64,000 nucleotides of DNA, from contig NC_058383.1 of the NCBI RefSeq assembly GCF_018350175.1, forward strand, positions 26,290,001 to 26,354,000, read 5' to 3'. Each line of letters opens with the position of its first letter. Position 1 is the first letter of the stretch. The notes beneath the pieces were generated by a model that was given only the letters and a program-made list of their open reading frames with translations, made no database searches and was not told the DNA's origin. This stretch comes from Felis catus. Its lineage: Eukaryota. A program made the translations under genes and the position numbers. Positions 24,928 to 37,686 of the stretch are shown here, piece by piece.

Positions 24928-25100
24928 GTGAGGTGTTTTTGAGAGCTTAGGGCTACCACACCGATTCGAGTTTCTGTTATTGCAAGTAGTACAAATTGGA
25001 TCCACGACAGTTTCATCATGGGTCTGTCCTCTAAGGGAGAGAGAGATGCCAGCCCCTGGAGATTTTTTGACAACCATTGAAACCTCTTCTTTTCCTGTAG

Positions 25101-25249
25101 GATGGCCAGCCGGAGTAGCGACAAGGATGGGGATTCCGTCCATACAGCCAGTGAAGTCCCTCTGACCCCAAGGACCAACTCCCCAGATCGAAGATGCTCG
25201 TCCTCAGACACATCTAAGTCTACCTACAGCCTGACCCGGAGGATTTCAA
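25101..25249 (+). CDS. SYT17: SYT17 exon 4, Ser/Thr-rich linker (MASRSSDKDGDSVHTASEVPLTPRTNSPDRRCSSSDTSKSTYSLTRRIS)
   Basis: tttcctgtag|GATG...TCAA|gtaagc, 149 nt; phases match exons 3 and 5. Confidence 0.96.
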
Positions 25250-25996
25250 GTAAGCATCTTTGCTGTGACTGTCTAGGGCTTGTGGCTCAGCAATCCTGTG
25301 CTGCTCAGCCTCTGCTCAGAGCCCATGATTCAAATCCAGTTAGCCGGGTCCCCAGGACAAAAGAAGAGAGCTGACGGCATCCCCGCGTGGATCCATGTGA
25401 GGGAAGGGGTTGTCTCAGCCTCCGGAGTTACCAGGGCAGGGTGGGGACTGTGGCCATGGGAGCTGATGCCCCATTGTAAGGGGGCAGCTGCTACTCGGCC
25501 CTCGCTGAAGGAGATGGTGGGGTCCGTATTACCTGACTTTTCCAAAGAGAAACTGGCAATCTGTGTTTCTATATGAAGCTTCCTTTGTTTTAAACTCCAA
25601 CAAAATGTATCTGTGGGTCAGATTTGGTCTCTAGGCCCCCCAGTTTGTCCACTCTGATGTGCAGAGTATGTGTTTGACCAAATGGCATGATGTGGATGGG
25701 GAGGAGAAAGGAGGATAAAGCCCAAAGACTCCCAGCCTCCTCTCACCTCCTGAAAGTGTCTCTGCTGTCTCATTCAGCTGCTGCAATTCACTTAACAGAG
25801 GGAAAAAGCTTAAAATTCATGAAATAAATCCACTCGGGTGGAAATATTGGTGTCTGATCTTTCCTGGGAGTAAATAGGGAAGAAAAAGGAAGCAGAGAAA
25901 AGTTCGAGGGCTCGAAAGAGTGGAAAAGAGGGGATGTGAGGCTTCTCTAGGCCTCAGTCTTTCCATCTGTAAAATGGGAGGGCTCTTCTTGACCTA

Positions 25997-26530
25997 TGCA
26001 GTCCAATGCATGTTGCTGGTGACCATTTAAATGGGAGGTTAAGCCCAACTGAGACATGATGTATGCGTTATGTACCCATGATTTTGAAGACAGTACATGA
26101 AAGAGACTTTAAACTGTCTCACTAAAATGTTTTTATTTTGATTATATGTCAAACAAATTAAAGTTAATTTCACCTGTTTCTTTTTTTTTATATAATCTTT
26201 TTCTCAATGTTCATTTACTTTTTGAGAGAGAGAGAGAGACAGAGTGCGAGAGGGGGAGGGGGAGGGGAAGAGAGAGAGAGGGGGAGACACAGAATCCAAA
26301 GTAGGCTCCAGGTTCTGAGCTGCCAGCTCACAGCCCAACACGGGGCTCTAACTCACGGACTGTGAGATCATGACCTGAGCCAAAGTCGGGCACTTAACCA
26401 ACTGAGCCACCCAGGTGCCCTTTCACCCAATTCTTTGTACTTTTAAGAGAATTGTGGCTACTGGAAAATTTATGTTCCCTGTGTGGTTTGTATTTCTGGT
26501 CCCCATTGTATTTCTCTTGAATAGCACTGG
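25997..26530. mobile_element. MER33/MER3-like DNA transposon interrupted by a Can-SINE (26181-26420, minus)
   Basis: gattttgaagacagtac...ttttgattatatg...gtggctactggaaaattt...tagcactgg. Confidence 0.65.
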
Positions 26531-27628
26531 TCTAGATAGTTCCTAGGTCTCATGCCCAGCTCTATACATGGATTATTTCCATTTAGCACACAGCTGTCAG
26601 AATACCAACCATGCACGAGACACAAGTCTCACAATTTTCACAGGCAAGACCGGTGTTCAAGCAATTAACAAGAATGTCATGAAAGAACAAATACCGTATG
26701 ACTCCGTGTAGATGGGGAATCTAATAGTCAAACTCCTAGGAGCAGAGAGTAAAATGGGAGAGGGACTACTGGGAGGTGATGGTATATGTTTATGGCATAG
26801 ATTGTGGTGACGGTTTCAGGATGCCTGCCTACCTCCCAACTCACCAAATTGTGTACATTAAATACGCACAGCTTTTTGTATGTCAGTTGTGCCTCAATTA
26901 AATAGTTTTTTTTTTTTTTAAATCCATGTGATTATTGCTAGAATAGAGGGATGAGCAAAGATTCAAATGATGAACTTGGGAGCAATGAACTCTGCTGGTT
27001 GATAGGCAGGGAGGAGGCGCCCCACAAGCGGTGAAGTCCAAACATGGTTCTTGCAGAAGTGCATCAGTTACCATTGAGTGAGCTCGTACCCTGTGCACAT
27101 TGTATGCCGAGCCCTTTCCATGCATTGGCTCTGTGAATCACCACAATCTTTGAAGTAGGTGATATTATTGACTCCGTTTTACAAATGGGGAAACTGAGTC
27201 CCAGAAGCTCTGGTTCCAGAGTCCACTCTCTGAAAGTGGAGACAGTATAGGGTACCAGCTAGAGTCAAGACTCTGGGGCCGGACAGCCTGGGCTTGACTC
27301 CTGGCTTCTCCTCTTAGTACTTGTGTCCCTTTTGGAGAGTTACTATCTGTCAGATTAGTCATTCCCTAATACCTTGTGGCCATCAGGTGACTTGATATAT
27401 CAAGGCGTTTAGAACAGTGCCTGGCAGTGATGGAGGTGATAATGCCGTCTTGTTGCCTCTCATAGAATAAATAAGAGGATCTCAAGGTGTGGAGAGCAGA
27501 TGGGGAAGAGCATTGTGAAACAGAGTGAACAATATAGGAGTCTGGGAAATGTTGCCAATCTCAAGAAGCAGCCCAGGCTTGGCCCCATATGTGGTGGTGC
27601 TAATTGTTCTTTTTTGGCGGCTGTTTAG

Positions 27629-28248
27629 GTCTTGAATCCAGACGACCCAGCTCCCCACTCATTGATATTAAACCCATCGAGTTTGGCGTTCTCAGCGCCA
27701 AAAAGGAGCCCATCCAGCCCTCGGTGCTCAGACGGACCTATACCCCAGATGACTACTTCAGAAAGTTCGAGCCCCAGCTCTACTCCCTCGACTCCGACAG
27801 TGACGATGTGGACTTTCTGACAGACGAAGAGATCTTGTCCAAGTACCAGCTGGGCATGCTGCACTTCAGCACCCAGTACGACCTGCTGCACAACCATCTG
27901 ACGGTGAGGGTGATCGAGGCCAGGGACCTGCCGCCCCCCATCTCCCACGACGGCTCGCGCCAGGACATGGCCCACTCCAACCCCTATGTCAAGATCTGTC
28001 TCCTGCCAGACCAGAAGAACTCTAAGCAGACGGGGGTCAAACGCAAGACCCAGAAGCCCGTGTTTGAGGAGCGTTACACCTTCGAGATCCCCTTCCTGGA
28101 AGCGCAGAGGAGGACCCTGCTGCTAACTGTGGTGGATTTTGATAAGTTCTCCCGCCACTGTGTCATTGGGAAGGTCTCCGTGCCTTTGTGCGAGGTTGAC
28201 CTGGTGAAAGGCGGACACTGGTGGAAGGCGCTGATCCCCAGTTCTCAG
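27629..28248 (+). CDS. SYT17: SYT17 exon 5, linker plus C2A domain
   Basis: gtttag|GTCTT...TCTCAG|gtaagg, 620 nt; ORF 27604..28260 carries C2 motifs LTVRVIEARDL, SNPYVKICLLP, PVFEERYTF, VVDFDKFSRHCVIGKV. Confidence 0.98.
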
Positions 28249-28546
28249 GTAAGGGGGTGACTTTGTGCTGTTTCTTGGCTGGGGACCTTAAAAAAGAAAA
28301 AAAAAAAGATGATTTTTTTTTTTTTTTTTTATTTAAAGTGTCTTTGCGTTTTGAAACCTTTTTATTTGGACGTAGTTTTGGACTTACAAGAAGGTGCAAA
28401 TGCAACACAGATTCCTTGTGTTCTCTTTATCCAGCAACCCCAGTGATAAATCTTACACAACCAGAGTGCGTTAGCGATACCAGGAAATTGACGTTGTCAA
28501 CTAAACTACGGACCTTTTTCAATTTTCACGCATTTTTACATGCACC

Positions 28547-28548
<2 letters not shown>

Positions 28549-28593
<45 letters not shown>
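28549..28593. repeat. (TG)n microsatellite
   Basis: About 22 uninterrupted units. Confidence 0.95.
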
Positions 28594-28594
<1 letters not shown>

Positions 28595-29149
28595 CATGTA
28601 ACCACTACCACCCTGGGAGCTTTTTTGTCATCAATGCTGGGGTATTTAATAAGGACAATGATTATCCAGGGTACGAAGCGATCAGTCATTTTGACTTTCA
28701 GAAATTGATTTGGGAAAAATAAAATGAAGGCCGAAGAACGGGTGATATATGGATATTTTTCAGGCAAATTGTGAGATTGGCTTCTTTCCTCCACCAGCCC
28801 ACAGACATGTAATTGGCTGCTTGGGAAACCACCCACGGACCAGGCTCTGTCCCCAGTGGGCTGATAGAGTCCCTCCCTTGGGCATTCTGTGGACTGGAGG
28901 ATGACAGCGCACGTACTGTGGGTGGAAGGATGAGGTAGAAGTCCGAGGGAAGGAAAAGACCCAGCCGTTTGGAGGCCAGTCTGGTCCATTCATGCTGAGG
29001 TTGACAATTCTGTGTAATGCAGGCGGAATTATTTTGTGTCAGACACACCAAGGTGTTTTTCAGAGCTGAACTGTACTGGCCAGGGATTTGATGATCCAGC
29101 CTCACATTTGGGGTATGGGTTTTAAACTTGGGAACTGGAGGGGTTGCTC

Positions 29150-29152
<3 letters not shown>

Positions 29153-29195
<43 letters not shown>
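29153..29195. repeat. (TG)n microsatellite
   Basis: About 21 uninterrupted units. Confidence 0.95.
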
Positions 29196-29197
<2 letters not shown>

Positions 29198-30679
29198 ATC
29201 CATCGGTCCGTACAAAGAGAGATTTATCCTTCTCTTAGTTTGTATTTCCCCAGAAGAAGAAAATCCCAAGGCAAAGGAAGTCATTTTTTAGGGAGGTGAC
29301 CCCAGAGGAAATACCAGGAGGCAGTGGGAAGGTCACATAAAGTCTGCATTATCAGGCCCCCACCCCTGTGGGTGACTGGAGCTATAAAACTGGAAGCCAG
29401 CGTTAGACACATCCTAAGAGTCTTTCCACCTGAGGGGTGGTGCAGCCGGGGGGGTTATACACTGACTCCTATCAGCCATTGAATGAGGGCAGTTGGGGGA
29501 TGGGAACTTTCTTCCCCTGGCGTTCCTGGCCTGTTACACTGGGCAATAAAGAGACCTTTGACATCCACAGGTGCAAAAAAAAAAACAAAAAAAACCCAAA
29601 AAACAAAACTCTAGAGCTGGCAGCTGGATGCAAGTGTGTGTGCACTGAGGTGATCAGGACCAGGAGGTGGTGGTCAAGGTGTTAGCAGTGCTTGCTCTGA
29701 TCCCGTATCCTCCTCCCATCACACGATCAGGATATATTGGATGCTTTCCGTGTATCCTCCTCAATATGTGATATCATTGGGTTTTCAACCATTGAGAAAT
29801 TAGGGAAACCATTGAAAGAGGGAGACCCACTGGACAAAATAAACTCTGTGGCCAGCCTGATTCTGCACATCTATGGAACACCCTGGACATACAGAGAATG
29901 TGGACATCCACACACCTTGCCTCCGAATCTCCTGAAATCTGAGGCCAAGGCCAGGACGCGGGTGCAGGCAGTTAATTTAGGAGGTGATCCCAGGAAGCAG
30001 GAGTGAGGGCTGAGGAGACCCAGGGAAGGAGGGCACCTCTGGAGTGAGTGGTGACTCTTCAGGCTGCCGTCTGGCCCCTGCACACTGGTCAGGTGGGCTC
30101 CCATAGCCTCACGCAGGGGCGGGGACAGAAAAGGGAAAGAGACCACGTGTGCTGCTGATAATGTGCCCAAGTGGCGCTTTGAGACCGTCTGTAGCTGGCA
30201 CCGGAGGCAGTGTCTGCTGCATCCCTCTGCTGCCATGGCAGCCCCCTCCCCCTCCCCCGAGGTACTCCTTCTCCCCCTCCCCTGCTTTTACTTTTCCCCA
30301 CGACACTTACCATCATCTTGCAGACCATATATTCTATGGTCTACCTCCCGCACTAGTATGTAAACCCCATGAGAACAGATTTTTGTCTCTTTCGTTCACT
30401 TCTCTGTGCCCTGCACCTACAACAGTGCCTGGCATTTGTTGAATGAATGAAGGATGGAAGGAAGGAAGGTTTCCCCCAAGTGAATTTCTTTCTCCCACCT
30501 GCCACCCTCCCCTCCTCTCCTTTGCCACCTTCCTTCTCCCTCAAAGAAAGTCTCATGGAAACTGACAGAGAGAAGAGCAGACTCCCATCCCCCAACTCAA
30601 GGCGGCTCTGGACTTCACACTCTGGGGGTCTCTGGCTGGCTCAGTTGCAGTTTACCTCCGTGAGTAGACAGGCCAGTTG

Positions 30680-31440
30680 TCTGAGGTTGGGTTCCCTGGA
30701 AGCAGAGCTTGAGATAAGGATTTGGCTGTGGATTAGTTTGTAGGGCCGCTGTGACAAAACGTCACAAATTAGAGGCTTAAAATGACAGAAATTTACTGTC
30801 TCACAGTCTGGATGTAAGAAGTCCGTGATCAAGGCCACGCTCCCTCTGAAAGCTGTGGGGGAGAATCCTTCTTGTCTCTTTCTGGCTTCTGGTGGTCACT
30901 CCAGTCTCTGCCTCCGTCATCACATGACCTTCTCTCTGTGTGTGTCTGTGTCTTCTCTTTTCATATAAGGACACCGGGGGCCCACCCTACTCCATTATGT
31001 TCCCATTTTAAATAATTACATCTGCAACAACCCTGTTTCCACATAAGGTCACATTCTGAGGTAGTGGGGGGTTTAGATGATAACATATCTTCTGGAGAGA
31101 GGGAGTGTCATTTAGCCCAAACCCGAATGTAGGAGAAAACCCTGCAGGGGAGGGAAGGGAGCAGTCTAGGGAAAGGGTGAGAGCCCAGCGAAGATATGGT
31201 GTAACAAGGCCTGGCCTCAGCTGATCTGTGGCGGGGAGGGGACTCTGGATCGTGGGTTGGCATTGCAGTGCCTTCCTCCCTCAGGCCAGGAGCCAGCCTT
31301 TTGTACTCCCGTATCTGCCAGACGTTGGTTGGGACAAGCCTGGGAAATCTGATCTGCAGCTGGGCAGCCACAGGCCTGCTTAAAGCTTCTCTCCTGCAGA
31401 ACAGTTGTTCTGAGCCAGGGACAGCTTTGCTCTCGGGACA
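30680..31440. mobile_element. ERVL-type LTR remnant (LTR16/LTR33-like) interrupted by an MLT1A-like LTR (~30730-31110)
   Basis: gttgggttccctggaagcagagcttgaga; MLT1 motifs ggcttaaaatgacagaaatttac, ataaggtcacattctgaggt. Confidence 0.6.
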
Positions 31441-32438
31441 CTGGGCAGCCCTGGGAACCATTTTGGGTTTGGCAGGTGGAGATCAGGGGTGCTGTAAACA
31501 TGTGCAGTACACAGGACAGCCCCCACAATGAAGAATGGTCTGGCCCAAAATGTGTGCAGTGTCAGCGTGAGAAAGCCCACTATGGAAGAAGGGGAGAATG
31601 GAGGTTCAAGGACTACAGCAGGGTCTGCCATGCAGGCAGGGTGAGGGCAGGGCTGGTCCCCGCAGGGTGGGGAGCATTTTTCCAGGGGAAACAGTTGTTG
31701 GGAAGCAGGGAGACACAGGGTCAGAGGGTGTTAGGAGCAGATATCCAGGTAACTCTGTTGTTTTTCATTCCATATGGAGAAAAGGAGAAACTGGTTCTGA
31801 ACAAAAATCCACATTGAGCAAAGTAGGCCTGTGTCGGAGACAGAAAACAAAATCCTCACGCGGTGTTGCTGAGGCCATTGGATGTCAATGCTGATTTTCA
31901 TTGCAGGCCAACATCTACCTTCACCAGAGCATCTGTTGGCCAGTTGAATGGGCGGGGAAGATGGGGTTGTGCAATAAGGTGAAGGCAGAGCTCTCCAGTC
32001 TTGTTCCTGGCCTGCCTCTACGGAGTAGGATCTCAGTGTCTACTTCTACATTCTGTGCCTTGGAGAACCCATGGGAGCGGGTGACTGGTCGGGCCAGCGT
32101 GTAGGCATTCTCTGGCTCACAGCGGAATGTCCCAGCTGTTTTGTGGCTTTGAACATTGTGTCTTTGATCTCGACATTCAGGAAGCTAGTAGCTAATGGAG
32201 CTACTGTAAATTTGGGGGGCTTGTTGATAAGGCTTGGCTAGGAGATCATGAAAATGGGGACAGAAATAAGAAGCATATGGGGTGATCACGTAAGTGTGAA
32301 GTCACTCTTGCTGCTAAGAGAAATTCTGCTCTAAGTGGTCCACAGTGAATCGACACTTTGGCCATTAAAGGTGAAATCCGTGTAAACCTTTCTTTTAAAA
32401 AATTATTAGTAATTATGACAAAACACACATCCATTTTT

Positions 32439-32489
32439 TTCTATTCACATAATAATCACTGAATTTATCTTTTATTTTATTTTTAAATT

Positions 32490-32540
<51 letters not shown>

Positions 32541-33276
32541 TTTTCAATATATGAAGTTTATTGTCAAATTGGTTTCCATACAACACCCAGTGCTCATCCC
32601 AAAAGGTGCTCTCCTCAATACCCATCACCCACCTTCCCCTCCCTCCCACCCCCATCAACCCTCAGTTTGTTCTCAGTTTTCAAGAGTCTCTTGTGCTTTG
32701 GCTCTTTCCCACTCTAACCTCCTTTTTTTTTTTTTTTTTCCCTTCCCCTCCCCCATGAGTTTCTGTTAAGTTTCTCAGGATCCACATAATAGTGAAAACA
32801 TATGGTATCTGTCTTTCTCTGTATGGCTTATTTCACTTAGCATCACACTCTCCAGTTCCATCCATGTTGCTACAAAGGGCCATATTTCATTCTTTCTCAT
32901 TGCCATGTAGTACTCCATTGTGTATATAAACCACAATTTCTTTATCCATTCATCAGTAGATGGACATTTAGGCTCTTTCCATAATTTGGCTATTGTTGAG
33001 AGTGCTGCTATAAACATTGGGGTACAAGTACCCCTATGCATCAGCACTCCTGTATCCCTTGGGTAAGTTCCTAGCAGTGCTATTGCTGGGTCATAGGGTA
33101 GGTCTATTTTTAATTTTTTGAGGAACCTCCACACCGTTTTCCAGAGTGGCTGCACCAGTTTGCATTCCCACCAACAGTGCAAGAGGGTTTCCGTTTCTCC
33201 ACATCCTTTCCAGCATCTATAGTCTCCTGATTTGTTCATTTTGGCCACTCTGACTGGCGTGAGGTGATATCTCAGT
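32439..33276 (-). mobile_element. 5'-truncated young carnivore L1 with an intact ORF2 C-terminus
   Basis: ORF 32775..33281 ([28 protein letters not shown]1 ORF2 zinc knuckle), 3' UTR, (TAAA)n tail, 17-bp TSD. Confidence 0.95.
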
Positions 33277-33661
33277 AACACACATTCATTTTTAAGTGTA
33301 CATTTCAGTCATATTAAGCACATTCATGATACAACCATCGCCACCATCTGTCTCCAGAACTTTTTCCATCTTGCCAAACTGAAATTTTACACCCGTTAAA
33401 CAACAGCTCCCCAGGCCCCGTAGCCCCCAGCACCTGGCCATCACCATTCCTTGTGTCTCTATGAATCTGACTACTCTAGGTACCATGTAAGTGGAATCAC
33501 GCAGTGTTTGTCTTTTCATGACCAGCTTATTTCACTCAGCACAGTGTCCTCGAGGTTCATCTATGTTGTAGCAGGTGTCCGAATGCCCTTCCTTTCGAAG
33601 GCTGAGTAATATCCCTTACTTTTTTTGTTTTTTAATTTTTTTTAATGTGTATTTAGTTTTG

Positions 33662-33696
<35 letters not shown>

Positions 33697-34110
33697 TGGG
33701 GGAGGGGGCAGAGAGAGAGAGAGAGAGAGAAAGAGAGGGAGATACAGAATCCGAAGCAGGCTTCAGGCTCTGAGCTGTCAGCACAGAGCCTGACCAGGGC
33801 TCGAACCCACGAACTGCAAGATCATGACCTGAGCCGAAGTCGGATGCTTAACCGACTGAGCCACTCAGGCGCCCCTGAATAATAACCCTTTATATGTATA
33901 TGCCCCATTTTGTTTGTCCATTCATTCATCTGTCAGTGGGCATTTGGGTTGTTTCTATCCTTTTGGTTATTGAGATATATGTTACAGTATATATTGCGAT
34001 ATTTTATAATATATTATGTGATATATATTATTATTATTTAAATATATAATGCTCTAATGTATGATAATATTGTGAATAATTTTGCTACAAACATGGGTGT
34101 ATACATATTT
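33277..34110 (-). mobile_element. Older L1M 3' end hosting the young L1; interrupted by a Can-SINE (33620-33875)
   Basis: tttttaagtgtacatttcag...ctccagaacttttt...gtggaatcacgcagtgtttgtc. Confidence 0.78.
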
Positions 34111-34266
34111 CTTCAGGCCTTTTTGAAGCCAGAAAAATATCCAAGGATAAAGGCAGTTTATCTTAAGATCACGTGGCTTTGGGAAGGGTGGGCAAGGTGG
34201 TGGGAGAGGAGGTGCCCCATGGACATAGCAGAAACTCGCAAAGTGTTAGGAAGGACCAGAGTTCCT

Positions 34267-34389
34267 GGGGTGCTTGGGCGGCTCAGTCGGTGGAGCATCT
34301 GACTCTTGAGTTCAGCTCGGGTCATGATCCCAGGGTGGTGGGATCGAGCCCCACATCAGGGTCCACGCTGAGCATGGAGCCTGCTTAAG

Positions 34390-34439
<50 letters not shown>

Positions 34440-35135
34440 GAAAATAAATAAAATAAATACAGGGACCAGAGTTCTTACTCCAGCTTGTGGCTGGAATCCT
34501 GTAACCCGTGGGTCGTGCTTTGGTTGTGCCCAAGTGGAGACACAGCACCTACGACCTTCCATCTCTTACAGCACGTCTGTATGGAGCTAAACTCTTCTCA
34601 GGAGAAAGTACTTTTTCGAAGTGAAAGTCCCTCGAACTGGGGGGAGATTATAATTATTTTGACCCAGTAAATACACAACACAAATATTGTACCTATATAA
34701 ATTATTCATGTATTGGGGCGCCTGGGTGGCGCAGTCGGTTAAGCGTCCGACTTCAGCCAGGTCACGATCTCGCGGTCCGTGAGTTCGAGCCCCGCGTTGG
34801 GCTCTGGGTTAATGGCTCAGAGCCTGGAGCCTGCTTCCGATTCTGTGTCTCCCTCTCTCTCTGCCCCTCCCCCGTTCATGCTCTGTCTCTCTCTGTCTCA
34901 AAAATAAATAAACGTTAAAAAAAATTAAAAAAAAAATTATTCATGTATTTAGCTCATATACATTTGTCAGGTGCTGATCAGGTTCTAGGGGTTGGGATTT
35001 CTCTTTGTTTCTTTCTTTCTTTGTTTTAAGCTTGTTTATTTTGAGAGAGAGCGAGTTGAGCACAAGTTGGGGAGAGTCAGAGAGAAGGAGAGACTTGGGA
35101 TTTTTCCCAAGCAGGCTCTGTACCATCAGTGTGGT
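34267..35135. mobile_element. Three Can-SINEs: 34267-34460(+), young 34715-34933(+), truncated ~35000-35135(-)
   Basis: Heads and tails; the young copy has a perfect TSD aaattattcatgtatt. Confidence 0.87.
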
Positions 35136-35871
35136 AGGGGCTGGGATTTCTAATGTAGCTATAAGTCAGTGTCTCCTGTGAGCCCAGCAGTGCTCTAAAT
35201 GATTTATATGTGCTAACTCATTTATCCTAACAGGGGCCCATTTTACAAAGGAGAAAACTGGGCAGAGAGAAGTTAAGTAATTTGTCTGTGCAACTAATTT
35301 AGACCGAGGCTAAATTAGACTGTAGGACTGAGGCTGTTTGACTTAAAAAGTGAAGTGCCATAACCACAGCGTTATACTGGTTCTCCACAGCAAGCCAAAC
35401 CAAGTCCCTGCCCTCGTGGAGTTGACATTCCGGTGGAGGGAGGTGTGTAGCAAATAAGTGAGTTAGCAAATAATGCCATGTTTCACTGTCTATGCCAAGA
35501 GAGAAAACAAGGTAGGATATGGGGCTGGAGAGGGAGGGCTGAGTGGTGAGGGTGGGGAAGCTACTTTAAATGGGTGAGCTAGATGGAGTGAGGGGGTCAG
35601 CCTGGAGGATGTCTGGGGGAAGAGCATTCAAACAGCGAGTTGAGGAAGTGCAAAGGCCCTGAGGCTGGTTTGGCACGTTGATGACTGGAGTAGAGTAAGT
35701 GAGAGGGAGAGCATGAGAGATGAGGTTGAATTGGTATAAAAGGTCACTTCACATCAGTCTTAGAGCTAAAAGTATAGGTAAAGGCTTGAATTCTATTCCT
35801 AAGTGTGATGGCAAGCCCTGGAGAGTTTTGAGAAGGAGAGGTGACTTGGTCAGGCTGCCCTGGAGAAAAAT

Positions 35872-37330
35872 CACTGGGAGACAAGATACTTATATCCAAA
35901 ATATAAAAAGAACTCCAATGACTCAAAAAAAAAAAAATTCCAATTTTAAAATGGGCAACAGTTTTGAACAGACGCTCCACCAAAAAAGATACATACAGAT
36001 GGTCTATAGGTACATGGAAGGGTGCTTGACATTATGAGTCATCAGAGACCTGCATGGCGAAATACCACTGCACACCTACCTAAAAGCTACACACACTGAC
36101 AACACCAAATGTTGGTAAGGATGTGGAGCAACCAGAACTCTCAGACAGTGGGAGTGTATAAGGTGGTGTAACCCCTTAGGAAGAAGTTGTGGTAGTTTTT
36201 TGTGAAACTAAACATTTATCTGCCCCTATGATCTCGCTGTGACACTCCTAGGTATTTATCTAAGAGAGATGACGATGTTATGTCTGCACAAAAAATTGCA
36301 CACACATAGTCTCAGCAGCTTTACGTGTCACAGGCCCCAGACTGGACACAGCCAGGTGTCCCATCAACAGGATGAAGGATAACAAACTATAGAATATTCA
36401 TATAATGCAACATTATTCAGCAGTAAGAAGGAACAAAGTACCGATATGCAAAACAGCACAGAGGAGTGTCACAAACAGTATGACAAGGAGAGCATTATTC
36501 TGAACAACATTACGCTAAGTAGAAGCCAGACCCAGGAGAGCACGTCTGCATGACTGGTTTGAGAGCCAACAAAACTAATCTGTGGTGAAAAGTCAGAACA
36601 CTGGTTATGGGAAGTTAGCAGTAGGGGAGGGGATCAAACGGAAGGGAGCAAGAGGGACATTTCTTGACTAATAGTGAGGTTCTGCATCCCGATGGGACTT
36701 TGATGCCCAGGTGTGTGCATTTGTCCAACTCACATGGTACACTTGAGGTTCAGGCATCTGGTTGTACATAAGTGTCATTTGTACACACACACACACACAC
36801 ACACACACACGAACCCAAAGAGCCGTAAACACACAATGAACACTGGCTACTAACCTGCCTCCTGAAGTGTTTCAGGGAGAAGCGTACCAATGTCTGTAAC
36901 TTATTTTAAAATGCCTTCCAGGGGGGCCTGGGTGGCTCAGTTGGTTAGGCGGCCGACTTCAGCTCAGGTCATGATCTCGCAGTCCGGGAGTTCGAGCCCC
37001 GCGTCGGGCTCTGTGCTGACAGCTCAGAGCCTGGAGTCTGTTTTGGATTCTGTGTCTCCCTCTCTCTGACCCTCCCCCATTCATGCTCTGTCTCTCTCTG
37101 TCTCAAAAATAAATAAATGTTAAAAAAAAAATTTTAAAAAAATAAAAAGCCTTCCAAAAAGATCGTTAGGTACGCAATAAGGCAAGTCTAGCCTATCTCT
37201 AAATTATTAATGTAGAATTATTAATATTAATAGCTGCATTGCAGAAGTGAGGTGATGTGTATAAAGGAGGTGAATGTATAGGTCTTTCAGCTCTTCTGTA
37301 TTTAACCGTCTTTATAGTAAAGTGTTGGGA
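35872..37330 (+). mobile_element. Degenerate L1M ORF2 end and 3' UTR containing (CA)n (36783-36809) and a Can-SINE (36921-37148)
   Basis: caaatgttggtaaggatgtggagcaaccagaactctca; cactcctaggtatttatctaagaga. Confidence 0.75.
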
Positions 37331-37475
37331 TGCAAAGAGAGAAGAAAGCAGAGGCACACTTAGGAGTCATTTGCTACGTACAGTCTTGTAGATAGGAGGT
37401 GATGGCCCCAACCTGCGTGTGAGGTGCAGGGGCACGAGGGGCCAGCTGGAGAGACAACTTAAAGGCACAATCTTT

Positions 37476-37686
37476 GGGGCACCTGGGTGGCTCAGTCAGT
37501 TGGGCGTCTGACTTGAGCTCAGGTCATGATCTCACGGTCTGTGGGTTCAAGCCCCACGTCGGGCTCTGTGCCGACAGCTTGGAGGCTGGAGCCTGCTTCA
37601 GGTTCTATGTCTCCCTCTCTATCTGCTCCTCCTCTGCTCGCACTCTGTGTCTCTCAAAAATAAACATTTACAAACATTAAAAAAAT
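37476..37686 (+). mobile_element. Can-SINE
   Basis: TSD taaaggcac(a/g)atcttt. Confidence 0.9.

Noticed and set aside
17055..25249. Exons 3 and 4 are both 149 nt (possible duplication or mutually exclusive pair)
   Set aside because: No sequence similarity and different phases (0-2 versus 2-1); both are needed for frame
32775..33281. 168-aa intact ORF as a possible gene
   Set aside because: C-terminal piece of L1 ORF2 in a 5'-truncated copy with no promoter or true start
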